DNA from: an uncultured Planctomycetota bacterium
GTDB taxonomy: Bacteria; Planctomycetota; PLA2; JAEUHO01
DNA length: 64,000 nucleotides
NCBI GenBank assembly: GCA_963802335.1
Contig: CAWDIE010000008.1
Span: 436,601-500,600 of the forward strand
Direction of reading: 5' to 3'
Of the stretch, positions 1 to 8,594 are shown piece after piece. Positions within the stretch are counted from its first letter, which is position 1; each line of letters begins with the position of its first letter. A model generated the notes under the pieces. It was not told where the DNA came from. It saw only the letters and a program-made list of their open reading frames with translations, and ran no database searches. Made by a program: the position numbers and the translations under genes.

Positions 1-363
1 CGGACCGAGCCGCTGGGAGACGACGATCACGACCGGCGTCTCGGTCATCAGGGCGTACTGCACCGTTTCGGTCATCAGGCACCATCCGGGGCCGGAGGTC
101 GCCGTCATCGCCCGGGCGCCCGTGAGGGACGCCCCGACCGCGTACGACAGAGCGGATATCTCGTCGGGGGCACCCACGGCGTGACCGCCTCGGTCGGGAA
201 GGCGCCGCATCATCTCCGCGTAGACCTCGGACGCGGGGGTGATGGGGTACCCGCTGAAGAAGTCACACCCGGCCGCGAGTGCGCCCCAGGCGATCAGTTG
301 GTTGCCGTGACAGAGAGCCAAGCGGCTCTCGTCCGTTCCTCGCGAGACGGCCGACGTCGCCAT
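1..363 (-). CDS. 2-oxoacid:ferredoxin oxidoreductase alpha subunit (KorA/PorA-like), N-terminal fragment; gene continues beyond the left window edge
   Basis: Manual minus-strand translation from ATG at 363: MATSAVSRGTDESRLALCHGNQLIAWGALAAGCDFFSGYPITPASEVYAEMMRRL...GAPDEISALSYAVGASLTGARAMTATSGPGWCLMTETVQYALMTETPVVIVVSQRLGP. GYPITP and TSGPG blocks are typical of the N-terminal domain of pyruvate/2-oxoglutarate:ferredoxin oxidoreductases. Absent from the ORF track because no stop lies in the window. Confidence 0.8.
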   Translation of the reverse strand, partial: MATSAVSRGTDESRLALCHGNQLIAWGALAAGCDFFSGYPITPASEVYAEMMRRLPDRGGHAVGAPDEISALSYAVGASLTGARAMTATSGPGWCLMTETVQYALMTETPVVIVVSQRLGP

Positions 364-408
364 GCGCGTTCCTCGCCGGGGTGGCATGCCGACCCCGTAC
401 CCCCAAGG

Positions 409-963
409 CTAGCACTCCTCCGACGCACCCCCAGGAGCGTCCGACCCGGGGGCCGACGGGTCGCGGAGGCGGAATTCCCATGCGCAGTACCAGTCGTCCG
501 GGTGCTCGTCCGGGGGGCAGCCGAGGCACCGCGTCTCGATCCGCTCGTCGATCGTGCGTGCGAAGCCGGCGTACTCCACGAGGCCCACCGGCTTGCACGG
601 GAAGTCGGGGAGCCCCTTGCGCTTCCGTGCACTCTGTACGCGACAGTCGTTCATACGGAACACGAGGTGCGAGTCCGACTGCTCGACGATCTCCTGGGTG
701 TTGATGAACGCGTAGAGCCTGAGTCCCAACGCCTTGGCCAGGGCGGGGATGCCGCCTCCCGCCTCGATGCCGTGCCGCTTCATGATGCGCTTGGCCTCGA
801 TCACAGTGAAGGACCGCCATGCCTCGGCGTCCCGCTCGATGGCCGCCTGCATGCCGTGCGCCTCCTCCACGGCGAGGAACCAGAGCCCGTCGTGGGCCAG
901 CCAGTTGAGGGCGGCGTCCTGCAGCATCCCCTCGAGCTCTGCGCGCGAGAACGACTCGAACAT
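409..963 (-). CDS. Cys-rich cytosolic protein of unknown function (DUF6125 / ATC-hydrolase-like by recollection)
   Basis: Inner part of ORF 409..1203; start moved to ATG at 963 (MFESFSRAELEGML...) because the upstream extension is Arg/Ser-rich shadow sequence. C-terminal block CRVQSARKRKGLPDFPCKPVGLVEYAGFARTIDERIETRCLGCPPDEHPDDWYCAWEF. The family name comes from memory of similar proteins and is not verified. Confidence 0.6.
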   Translation of the reverse strand: MFESFSRAELEGMLQDAALNWLAHDGLWFLAVEEAHGMQAAIERDAEAWRSFTVIEAKRIMKRHGIEAGGGIPALAKALGLRLYAFINTQEIVEQSDSHLVFRMNDCRVQSARKRKGLPDFPCKPVGLVEYAGFARTIDERIETRCLGCPPDEHPDDWYCAWEFRLRDPSAPGSDAPGGASEEC

Positions 964-1012
964 GGTGATCCTCCCGGGCTCTACCGCTCTGCCATACACT
1001 CCTCGCCAACCG

Positions 1013-1804
1013 ATGCAAACGAACCCCCGACCCATCAGCGCCTGCGTGATCACCAAGAACGAGGCGACCAACATCGAGGCCTGCCTGGCCAGCCTCGCCT
1101 TCTGTGACGAGCGCGTGGTTCTCGACGCCGGAAGCACGGACCGTACGGTGGAGCTGGCGCGTGCGGCCGGCGCCCGTGTCATCGAGGCCGACTGGCCGGG
1201 CATGATCGCTCAGAAGAACCGCGCGGCGTCTCACGCGACGAACGAGTGGATCCTCTCGGTCGACGCCGACGAACGCGTCACCGATGCATTGCGGTCCGCG
1301 ATTCTCGCGACCGCTCGAGGCGATCGGACGCCCAGCCCGGGTGGCTACGAGATGGCGTGGGAGACCGTCTACCTCGGTGGACCCGTGCGGAGCGACCGGG
1401 GTCGCGGTCGGTGGAAGCTGCGCCTCTACGACCGTCGGCGGGGAGGATGGGAGGGGCACGACCCGCACGGCCACGTGACCGTGAAGGGATCCGTCTCGCG
1501 GCTCGAGGGCAGGCTCTTGCACTTCACCTACCGGAGCATCGAGCACCAGATCGAGAAGATGAACCCGTATACGGACGCCGCTGCACTCGAGTTGAGGGGG
1601 GGGTACCGCAACCAGGCGTTCGGGCTCCTGGTGAGACCACCGGCGGCCTTCCTTCGCAGCTACGTGGTGCGGGGGGGCTTCCGGGACGGCGCGCGGGGCT
1701 TCATCGTGGCGGTGAATGCCGCCGCCTACGTCTTCCTGAAGTACGCCAAGCTCTGGGAGCTCAGGCATCCCGACGATGGGGAAGCGCGTCCAGCCAGGTC
1801 ATGA
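1013..1804 (+). CDS. Family 2 glycosyltransferase (WaaE/KdtX-like LPS-core type)
   Basis: Inner part of ORF 734..1804 starting at ATG 1013 (MQTNPRPISACVITKNEATNIEACLASL...). The blocks 'ILSVDADE', 'GGFRDG' and the C-terminal amphipathic segment are typical of small GT2 enzymes of LPS core synthesis. Confidence 0.8.
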   Translation: MQTNPRPISACVITKNEATNIEACLASLAFCDERVVLDAGSTDRTVELARAAGARVIEADWPGMIAQKNRAASHATNEWILSVDADERVTDALRSAILATARGDRTPSPGGYEMAWETVYLGGPVRSDRGRGRWKLRLYDRRRGGWEGHDPHGHVTVKGSVSRLEGRLLHFTYRSIEHQIEKMNPYTDAAALELRGGYRNQAFGLLVRPPAAFLRSYVVRGGFRDGARGFIVAVNAAAYVFLKYAKLWELRHPDDGEARPARS

Positions 1805-2465
1805 TGCTCGCCGTGTCCCGCAGGTCATCGACCAGCAGTTCCGGATGGTGGCGGGCCAGGCTCTCTCGCGTGTAGGAGGGGCCCGTCGCGACGGCGAGGG
1901 CCACGCATCCGTTGGCGTGTGCGCAGTCGATGTCGTGAGGGGTGTCCCCGATGACCACCACCCGCTCCGGGCCGAGCGTGTGTCCGTGTAGCGCTTCGTA
2001 GCGAGCGAGGCCCACGGGAAGCAAGGAGCGCCGATTCGGGCCGTCGGTGCCCCAGACGGGGATGGTGAAGCGCTCGGGATCGAGTCCCGCGGCGCGGAGC
2101 TTGGTCGCCCCCGTCTCGGGGTAGTTGCCGGTCAGGAGTCCGAGGGTCGTCCGGGGGCGCCGTGCCAGTGCGTCCAGCAGCGCCGGGACGCCGGGGAGAG
2201 CGTAGGCGACGCCCGCAGGCTCGAGTCGCCGCGCCAGGGCCTCACCGTAGGCCGCACGGAACGCATCGTGGACCGGCGCGTCGAGGCGCTCCCCGCTCCG
2301 ACGCATGCCGTCGGCCCAGATCAGCGGGTCGAGGCGACCGGCGAACTCCACACCCTCGAGCGTGAAGTGCTCGCCCACGACACGTTTGCCCGCCTCCTGC
2401 ATGGCCCTGGCGCCCTGATGGGAGGAAAGCAGCAGCGTGCCGTCGACGTCGAAGAGGATGAGCAT
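1761..2465 (-). CDS. HAD-superfamily hydrolase (phosphoglycolate-phosphatase-like)
   Basis: Inner part of ORF 1761..2906; ATG at 2465 gives MLILFDVDGTLL (HAD motif I DxDGT). Later GDTPHDIDCA (motif IV). Its 3' end overlaps the convergent GT2 gene by 44 nt. Confidence 0.85.
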   Translation of the reverse strand: MLILFDVDGTLLLSSHQGARAMQEAGKRVVGEHFTLEGVEFAGRLDPLIWADGMRRSGERLDAPVHDAFRAAYGEALARRLEPAGVAYALPGVPALLDALARRPRTTLGLLTGNYPETGATKLRAAGLDPERFTIPVWGTDGPNRRSLLPVGLARYEALHGHTLGPERVVVIGDTPHDIDCAHANGCVALAVATGPSYTRESLARHHPELLVDDLRDTASIMTWLDALPHRRDA

Positions 2466-2502
2466 GGACGCAGGGTACGGGAACCTCTGCCATGCCGCGG
2501 GA

Positions 2503-2871
2503 CTACGCGTCGAAGGAAGCGACGGCTCGCTCCGGCGTGGGATACACGTCGAAGACGTCGAGGAGCCCCGTACGGCCGAGGATGGCGAGCACGCGGGGCT
2601 GGGCGGTAGCGAGCCGCAGATCGCCGCCGGTTGCTCTCGCGATGCCCTGTCCGCGCACGAGGTAGCCGAGCCATGCGTTGTCGGCGATCTCCTCGACCGC
2701 GGACAGATCCAGCACGACGCGCGCGCCGGGTGTCGCAAGCCGATCCGCCAGGACACGATAGAACTCGGTGAAGTTCTCCGCGGCGAGACGGGCGGGCAGA
2801 TCGAGGACGGCGACGACCCGTTCCGCACCCTCTCCCTGCGGTGCCTCTCCCTCCGTGTCACGCTCCACCAT
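2503..2871 (-). CDS. STAS-domain protein (anti-sigma-factor-antagonist-like)
   Basis: ORF 2503..2871, 122 aa: VVAVLDLPARLAAENFTEFYRVLADRL...VVLDLSAVEEIADNAWLGYLV...LRLATAQPRVLAILGRTGLLDVFDVYPT has typical STAS/SpoIIAA topology and length. Confidence 0.7.
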   Translation of the reverse strand: MVERDTEGEAPQGEGAERVVAVLDLPARLAAENFTEFYRVLADRLATPGARVVLDLSAVEEIADNAWLGYLVRGQGIARATGGDLRLATAQPRVLAILGRTGLLDVFDVYPTPERAVASFDA

Positions 2872-3057
2872 CGCCGCACGTCCTCTCCGGTCGAGACCAC
2901 CGCCACACGGGGGGCCCGCCCGCCAACTGCTCGGGTCCGAGTCTACCCCGCCCGCTCCCTCGGCCCGTCACGCCCTTCTCCCCCGCGTCGGGGGGCCGTC
3001 CCTCGGATCGGAGCCCCGCGCCGGGGCATGGCGCGGCGCGCGCGCCGAAGGCGGGCC

Positions 3058-4095
3058 CTACCGCGGTGGGCGCGTCCCCAGCGAGAGCGTGAGGGTCTTC
3101 GTCTCGCCGCCCCGTAAGAGGACCAGCGTCAGGGGGTCGCCCGCGCCGTGTCGTGCGATCACCGCCGCGAGGTCCCCGGGCGTGCTCAGCGCGCGGGCTT
3201 GGGCTTCGAGGAGGACGTCGCCCACGCGCAGTCCAGCCCGCATCGCCGGCGAACCCTCCCGAACCGCGCCGATGGCGAGTCCCGTCCCCCCATGACCAGG
3301 CGCGAGCTCGATGCCCATCCAGGGACGCGCCGCGCGCGTGAAGTCCTGGAAGAGGCGACTTGACCGCTTCTCGGCGCCGATCGTCGTGTGCGCGCCGTGC
3401 CCCGGCAGCACGACGACCTCGTCGGGCAGCCGCCACAGTGTGCCGAGCGAGCGTCGAAACACCTCCGCGTCGCTGGATGCGAGATCCGTCCGACCGATCG
3501 AGCCCTTGAAGAGGACGTCGCCCGCGACGAGCACCCGGCCGGGGAGGAGAAAGCCTACCGATCCCGGCGAGTGTCCGGGCAGGTGTAGCACTTTCCAGGT
3601 GAGTGTGCCGAGGGTCAGGCGCTCCCCGCCCACGAGCGCGGTTACTCGTTTCGCCGCATCGGTCCGGGCCGAGGAGCCGGCCTCGGACGATCTCGTTCGC
3701 TCGCCTCGCCTCGCGATCACCTTCTGCGTCACGGCATGGGCCACGAACGGCGCCGTCGTCTTGTCCGCCAAGGGAGCCAGGCCGGTCAGATGGTCCCCGT
3801 GTTCGTGTGTGATCCAGATGCCACGCAGACGGTGCCCGGTCCTCTCGAAGTCGGCGACGAGCGCCTCCACGCCCCTCCCGGGATCCACGACCACGACCTC
3901 CTTGGTCTTCTTGCAGGTGATGACGTACGTGTTGCAGGCCGTGTCGTATCGCTCGATGCTGAGGTCCTTCTGATCGAGGATCAACGCCGGCCGCCGGGCC
4001 TGGTCTGCGTGGGTCCGCGGCGCGGCGGCGAGGAGGAGCACGGCCCCGGCCAGCAGGATCCTCGGGACGTGGCGCATCGATATGGCGTGACGCAT
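3058..4095 (-). CDS. Secreted metallo-beta-lactamase-fold hydrolase with C-terminal PDZ domain
   Basis: Inner part of ORF 3058..4395; start at ATG 4095 (or 4077), giving MRHAISMRHVPRILLAGAVLLLAAAP (signal peptide). MBL motif THEHGDH and later LPGHSPGS, LPGHG. C-terminal GIELAP...GLAIGAVREGSPAMRAGLRVGDVLLEAQ...LTLVLLRGGETKTLTLSL is a PDZ-like domain. Confidence 0.8.
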   Translation of the reverse strand: MRHAISMRHVPRILLAGAVLLLAAAPRTHADQARRPALILDQKDLSIERYDTACNTYVITCKKTKEVVVVDPGRGVEALVADFERTGHRLRGIWITHEHGDHLTGLAPLADKTTAPFVAHAVTQKVIARRGERTRSSEAGSSARTDAAKRVTALVGGERLTLGTLTWKVLHLPGHSPGSVGFLLPGRVLVAGDVLFKGSIGRTDLASSDAEVFRRSLGTLWRLPDEVVVLPGHGAHTTIGAEKRSSRLFQDFTRAARPWMGIELAPGHGGTGLAIGAVREGSPAMRAGLRVGDVLLEAQARALSTPGDLAAVIARHGAGDPLTLVLLRGGETKTLTLSLGTRPPR

Positions 4096-4279
4096 GGGCA
4101 GTGCCCCCCGAGGCGAGTGTAGCGGCCTCGGGGTCGGGGGCCACCACCACGGCCGAGCCCGTTCATGGGGGCCGAAGCCGTGGCGTCGGCGTGCGTCGTG
4201 CCGCGCTCTCTTGCATCGAACATCGGGGCGCGGCCCGCGTCGCCGTCGTCGTCCCTCCTTTCCGCTACAGTCCCTGAAC

Positions 4280-5806
4280 GTGGGAGGGGAGCCAAGCCAG
4301 TCGCGCAAGGACCGCCTCGCCCCGGCCTCCTCCCCGCGCGGTGAGCGGGGCCCATGGCTTGCGACCGGGGCCACCGTCTTCCTCCTTGGCGTCACCCATC
4401 TCCTCGTTGCCGCGCGGCTCGGCTTCGGCGTGGACGAAGCCCACTACGCGCTCTACGGGTTTCACCTGGACTGGAGCTACTTCGATCATCCACCCATGGT
4501 GGGCTGGCTCCAGGCCCTGGCGCTGCAGGTCTCCGACAGGGTGTTCGCCCTGCGCCTGATTTCCATCCTGCTCGGAGCCATCACGCTACTACTGACGCAT
4601 GTCTTCGCCCGACGGCTGTTCCCCCGGGAGTCGCCCTGGACTGCATTCGCCGCGGTGCTGCTGCTCGCGTCGGCCGTGCTCTGTCATCTGATCTTCGTGA
4701 CCGCGGTCCCCGAGACGCCCCTGATCGTCTTCTCGTTGGCGGCCATGATCGTGCTGCTCCACCTCCTGGATCGCCCGAGTCTCCCGGCCTGGCTTCTCCT
4801 GGGTCTCTTCCTCGGGTTGGCGGGACTGTCCAAGTACACCGCCATCCTCCTGGTGCTGACGGTGGTCGGCATGATCCTCCTCTCCGGGCGCCGGCGCCTC
4901 TTCGCGACCCCCGGCCCGTGGCTCGCGGCGGCGGTCGCCGCCCTCGTTGTCTCTCCCGTCTTCGTGTGGAACGCACAGAACGACTGGGTATCGTTTCGCT
5001 ACCAGCTCGGCCACGGCACGCGCGGCGACGGCTGGAGTCTGAAGCAGGCCTTCATCGCCCAAGCGGCGCAACTCGGCTGCTACGGCCCCGGCCTCATCGG
5101 ATTCAGCGCGATTGCGCTCGTGGCCGGCTGGCGAGAGCGCGCGAATCGGGGCGTCCTGCTCACCCTGCTGCTCGTCCTCCCCCTGCTCGCCTTGTTCGCC
5201 TGGGCCTCGGGGTATCGGATGACGCTCCCGCACTGGACCGCGCTGGGTTGGGTGGGGGCGGCACCCTTGGCGGCGCGTTGGATCTTCCATGCGTGGACCC
5301 GCCGTCCCGTGCGTATCGCCGTCTGGACAGTCGGTCTCCTCTCGGTCCTGGCCGTCGGCACGGTGCTCTCCCACGCGCTCTTCCTCTGGTTGCCGCTGCC
5401 CGGCGCCAACGAGCCTCTGGCCGACATGATCGGGTGGAGAGCGGCCGCCCGGAGGGGGGGCGAGCTGCGCGAGTCGATGGTCGTCGAGGGCCAGCGCGCG
5501 CCGCGTCTCTTCACCGACAACTGGAGCCGGGCGAGTCGCATCGCCTGGTACGCGCGCCCCATGCCGGTCGTCGTCGTGGACGAGCGCCTCGATCAGTTCG
5601 ACCGATGGTTCGGGGCCCCGGACCTGGGGGATCGGGGCGTGCTGGTCACCTGGTCTCGCCGAGAGAACGCTCGCGCGCCGAGCGACCTGGCGCGATTCGA
5701 TCACACCGCGTTCCTGGAGCAGATGCCGGTGATGGTGGGCCAACGTCGCGTGGGTACGTTCCGGTTCTTCGCCTGCGAAGGATTTCGGCCGGGGCCGCCT
5801 CGTTGA
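4280..5806 (+). CDS. ArnT/PMT-like (GT39/GT83) membrane glycosyltransferase
   Basis: ORF 4094..5806. The N-terminal 60 aa are Arg-rich, so the start is placed at in-frame GTG 4280 (uncertain). Polytopic membrane protein with VDEAHYALYGFHLDWSYFDHPPMVGWL and LSKYTAILL blocks typical of dolichyl/undecaprenyl-phosphate-sugar transferases. Confidence 0.75.
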   Translation: MGGEPSQSRKDRLAPASSPRGERGPWLATGATVFLLGVTHLLVAARLGFGVDEAHYALYGFHLDWSYFDHPPMVGWLQALALQVSDRVFALRLISILLGAITLLLTHVFARRLFPRESPWTAFAAVLLLASAVLCHLIFVTAVPETPLIVFSLAAMIVLLHLLDRPSLPAWLLLGLFLGLAGLSKYTAILLVLTVVGMILLSGRRRLFATPGPWLAAAVAALVVSPVFVWNAQNDWVSFRYQLGHGTRGDGWSLKQAFIAQAAQLGCYGPGLIGFSAIALVAGWRERANRGVLLTLLLVLPLLALFAWASGYRMTLPHWTALGWVGAAPLAARWIFHAWTRRPVRIAVWTVGLLSVLAVGTVLSHALFLWLPLPGANEPLADMIGWRAAARRGGELRESMVVEGQRAPRLFTDNWSRASRIAWYARPMPVVVVDERLDQFDRWFGAPDLGDRGVLVTWSRRENARAPSDLARFDHTAFLEQMPVMVGQRRVGTFRFFACEGFRPGPPR

Positions 5807-5918
5807 GTCGAGGCGCCGGTGGGCTGCGCCCCCCGGATATTCTGGGTGCTTGCCCTTGCGCGGGCGGGCCTTCGCCCGCAGCATGCAGGCGAGGGCGGGG
5901 GAAGGCGGCGAGGACGAC

Positions 5919-6920
5919 ATGGCGGACGACGGCGACACGCTTCGGGTATTCGAGCGGGGAACGTACGACCTGCTCCAGCCGGTCGACATCGAGGGCTTTC
6001 GAGCGCACAACCGGAAGAAGCCGAAGGCGCTCATCGACAAGCAGATGACGGAGCACGAGGCCGTCGAGCGGTTCCTGAAAGACGACATCTACCTCGGGAT
6101 CGAGCTGTACGGGACCGTGCGTTGCCCCATGTCGATCGTCCGCGAGATGATCCGCCAGATCCGAACACGCGACATCGGCAACCTCCGCATCGCAGGGCAG
6201 GGGTGCTATGAGCAGGAACTGCTCGTCAACACCGGCGCGATCCGCGCGAGCGACTGGACCTACACGGGTCTCGAGGTGTATGGCATCTCGCCCAGCTGGC
6301 GTCGTGCCGTCGAGGGAGGGGTCGTCGATCGTGTCTGCGAATGGTCGAACGCGGCGCTGGCCTGGCGATTCAAGGCCGCGGGCATGGGCGTGCCGTTCCT
6401 GCCCGTGCAGGTGATGATGGGGACCGACACCCTGCGCTGTTCGTCGGCGATGGTCATCGAGAATCCGTACGGGGAGGGCAAGATCGCGCTCGTACCGGCG
6501 CTCATCGTCGATCTCGGGGTGATCCACGTGCATCGTGCGGACAAGTACGGCAACTGCCAGATCGACGGTATCGCGGGCTTCGCCCGCGAGATGGCACGTG
6601 CCTCGCGACGCCTCATCGTCTCGGCCGAGGAGATCGTGGACACCGAGGAGATTCGTCGGCATCCCGACCGCACGGCGATTCCCTACTTCCTCGTGGACGC
6701 GGTCGTCCATGCGCCGTTCGGCAGTCACCCCGGCGAGATGGCGGGAGCCTACGAGCGGGATGAGCCGCACATCAAGGGCTACTACGCCGATGCGAAGGAC
6801 CCCGACAGGGCGCTCGCCTACATGGAAGACTGGATCTATAGCGTAGCCGACCACGACGCGTACCTGGACAAGGTGACCCACGACCGGCTCGCCGCATTGC
6901 GCCTGGAAGGAGGTGCGTGA
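5919..6920 (+). CDS. CoA-transferase subunit A (glutaconate CoA-transferase GctA-like)
   Basis: ORF 5850..6920. ATG 5919 (MADDGDTLRVF...) is preferred; 5850 and 5883 are possible. Sequence LIDKQMTEHEAVERFLKDDIYLGIE...WRFKAAGMGVPFLPV...IHVHRADKYGNCQIDG matches family I CoA-transferase alpha subunits. Its stop overlaps the next start (ATGA). Confidence 0.8.
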   Translation: MADDGDTLRVFERGTYDLLQPVDIEGFRAHNRKKPKALIDKQMTEHEAVERFLKDDIYLGIELYGTVRCPMSIVREMIRQIRTRDIGNLRIAGQGCYEQELLVNTGAIRASDWTYTGLEVYGISPSWRRAVEGGVVDRVCEWSNAALAWRFKAAGMGVPFLPVQVMMGTDTLRCSSAMVIENPYGEGKIALVPALIVDLGVIHVHRADKYGNCQIDGIAGFAREMARASRRLIVSAEEIVDTEEIRRHPDRTAIPYFLVDAVVHAPFGSHPGEMAGAYERDEPHIKGYYADAKDPDRALAYMEDWIYSVADHDAYLDKVTHDRLAALRLEGGA

Positions 6921-7684
6921 TGACGTCGGACTACAGCCCCAACGAGCTGCTGATTTGCGTCGCCTCGCGGATGATGGAGCCCGACACCACTGCGTTCATC
7001 GGTACCGGCATTCCGATGCTCGCCGCGTCCCTTGCCCAGAAGCGCCACGCCAAGACGCTCATGCCCATTTTCGAGTTCGGCGGCATGGGCGCCCAGCTGG
7101 AGCGACTGCCGCTCGCCGTAGGCGACATGTGGACATCCAACCGTGGGCTGATCGCCGCGGGAATCTGTGACGCCATGGAGTTCGCCCAACTCGGCTACGT
7201 GGACTACGGCTTCCTCGGCGGGGCACAGATCGATGCCTACGGGAACCTGAACTCCACCGTCATCGGTGACCAACGCCATCCGAAGGTACGTCTCCCCGGG
7301 TCGGGGGGAGCCAACGACGTCGGTTCCTGCTGCTGGCGGACGATCATCCTGATGCAGCACGGCGTGCGCCGCTTCCTCGACCGCATCGACTTCGTGACGA
7401 CCCCCGGCTACCTGACGGGGCCTGGGGCCCGGGAGGCGGCGGGCCTGCCGCGCGACACGGGGCCGTACCGTGTGGTGACGAATCTTGCGACCCTGGATTT
7501 CCACCCGACGTCGAAGCGCATGCGGCTGATCGGACTCAATCCCGGGGTGAGCGCCGACGACGTGCTCGAAGCCACGGGATTCGAGCTCCTCGTCGCCGAC
7601 ACGCTGGAGCACAACGCGCCGCCCTCGGAGGAGGAACTGCGAATACTCCGCGACGAGGTGGACCGCGACCGCTTCTACATCTGA
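6917..7684 (+). CDS. CoA-transferase subunit B (GctB-like)
   Basis: ORF 6917..7684: ELLICVASRMMEPDTTAFIGTGIPMLAA...FLGGAQIDAYGNLNSTVIG...LPGSGGANDV matches the beta-subunit signature. Translationally coupled to subunit A. Confidence 0.8.
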   Translation: MMTSDYSPNELLICVASRMMEPDTTAFIGTGIPMLAASLAQKRHAKTLMPIFEFGGMGAQLERLPLAVGDMWTSNRGLIAAGICDAMEFAQLGYVDYGFLGGAQIDAYGNLNSTVIGDQRHPKVRLPGSGGANDVGSCCWRTIILMQHGVRRFLDRIDFVTTPGYLTGPGAREAAGLPRDTGPYRVVTNLATLDFHPTSKRMRLIGLNPGVSADDVLEATGFELLVADTLEHNAPPSEEELRILRDEVDRDRFYI

Positions 7685-7715
7685 GCGTACGCCGAAGGGC
7701 TGGTACCCTGCCCCG

Positions 7716-8528
7716 ATGGCGGGTTGGCGCACGAAGCTCTACGAGACGATCTTCGAAGCGGATACGAAGGCCGGGAAGGCGTTCGACGTCGTGCTCCTCC
7801 TCGCCATCGTGGTGAGCGTCGTCGTCGTCATGCTCGAGAGCGTCCCGTCGTACGGGGAGACCCACCGGCAGTCGCTGATGACGCTGGAGTGGTTCTTCAC
7901 CATCCTCTTCACGATCGAGTACCTCCTTCGCGTCTTCACGGTCGAGCGCCCGCTTCGCTACATCTTCTCGTTCTTCGGCCTGATCGACCTGCTCTCGATC
8001 CTCCCGCTCTACCTGAGCCTGATCTGGCCGGCGAGCGGGACGGGACCGGGCTTTCGCTCGGGCGTCGTGCTGCGGAGCCTCCGCCTGCTGCGCGTGTTTC
8101 GGATCCTGAAGATGGGCCGCTTCGTGCACGAGGGGCGCGCGCTGGGCCGCGCGGTCATCGGCAGCCGGGACAAGATCGTCGTGTTCCTGTCCGTCGTGCT
8201 GATCGCGGTGGTCATCGTCGGTGCCGCCATGTACGTGATCGAGGGCCCGGTGAACGGCTTTACCTCGATACCCGAGAGCATGTACTGGGCCGTCGTCACC
8301 ATGACGACCGTGGGCTACGGGGACATCGCGCCGCAGACCGTCCTCGGGAAGGTCATGGCGTCCATCATGATGGTGCTGGGCTACAGCCTGATCATCGTGC
8401 CGGTGGGCTTCATTACCCAGGAGGTGATCAAGGCGAGGCCGGTGACCAGCCAGGTCTGTCCGTCCTGCCTGCGGTCGGGGCACGACCCGGACGCCCTTCA
8501 CTGCAAGTACTGCGGATCTGGCCTCTAG
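7716..8528 (+). CDS. Voltage-gated-type (6TM) potassium channel with C-terminal zinc ribbon
   Basis: ORF 7716..8528. S4-like RSLRLLRVFRILKMGRF has a basic residue every third position. Selectivity filter TTVGYGD at 8304..8324. C-terminal CPSC-x11-CKYC at about 8457..8513. Confidence 0.85.
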   Translation: MAGWRTKLYETIFEADTKAGKAFDVVLLLAIVVSVVVVMLESVPSYGETHRQSLMTLEWFFTILFTIEYLLRVFTVERPLRYIFSFFGLIDLLSILPLYLSLIWPASGTGPGFRSGVVLRSLRLLRVFRILKMGRFVHEGRALGRAVIGSRDKIVVFLSVVLIAVVIVGAAMYVIEGPVNGFTSIPESMYWAVVTMTTVGYGDIAPQTVLGKVMASIMMVLGYSLIIVPVGFITQEVIKARPVTSQVCPSCLRSGHDPDALHCKYCGSGL

Positions 8529-8576
8529 CGCGCGCCGTCCATCGAGGAAGGCGCGCGCTTCATGGATCATCCGGGC
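8527..8576 (+). repeat. Dispersed repeat copy 1: 10-bp GC hairpin plus tail GCTTCATGGATCATCCGGGC
   Basis: AGCGCGCGCC-13 nt-GGCGCGCGCT (8527..8559), followed by the 20-mer at 8557..8576. Lies between the convergent K-channel and cysteine desulfurase genes. Confidence 0.7.
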
Positions 8577-8594
8577 TTGGCGACGGGCCCGGCG

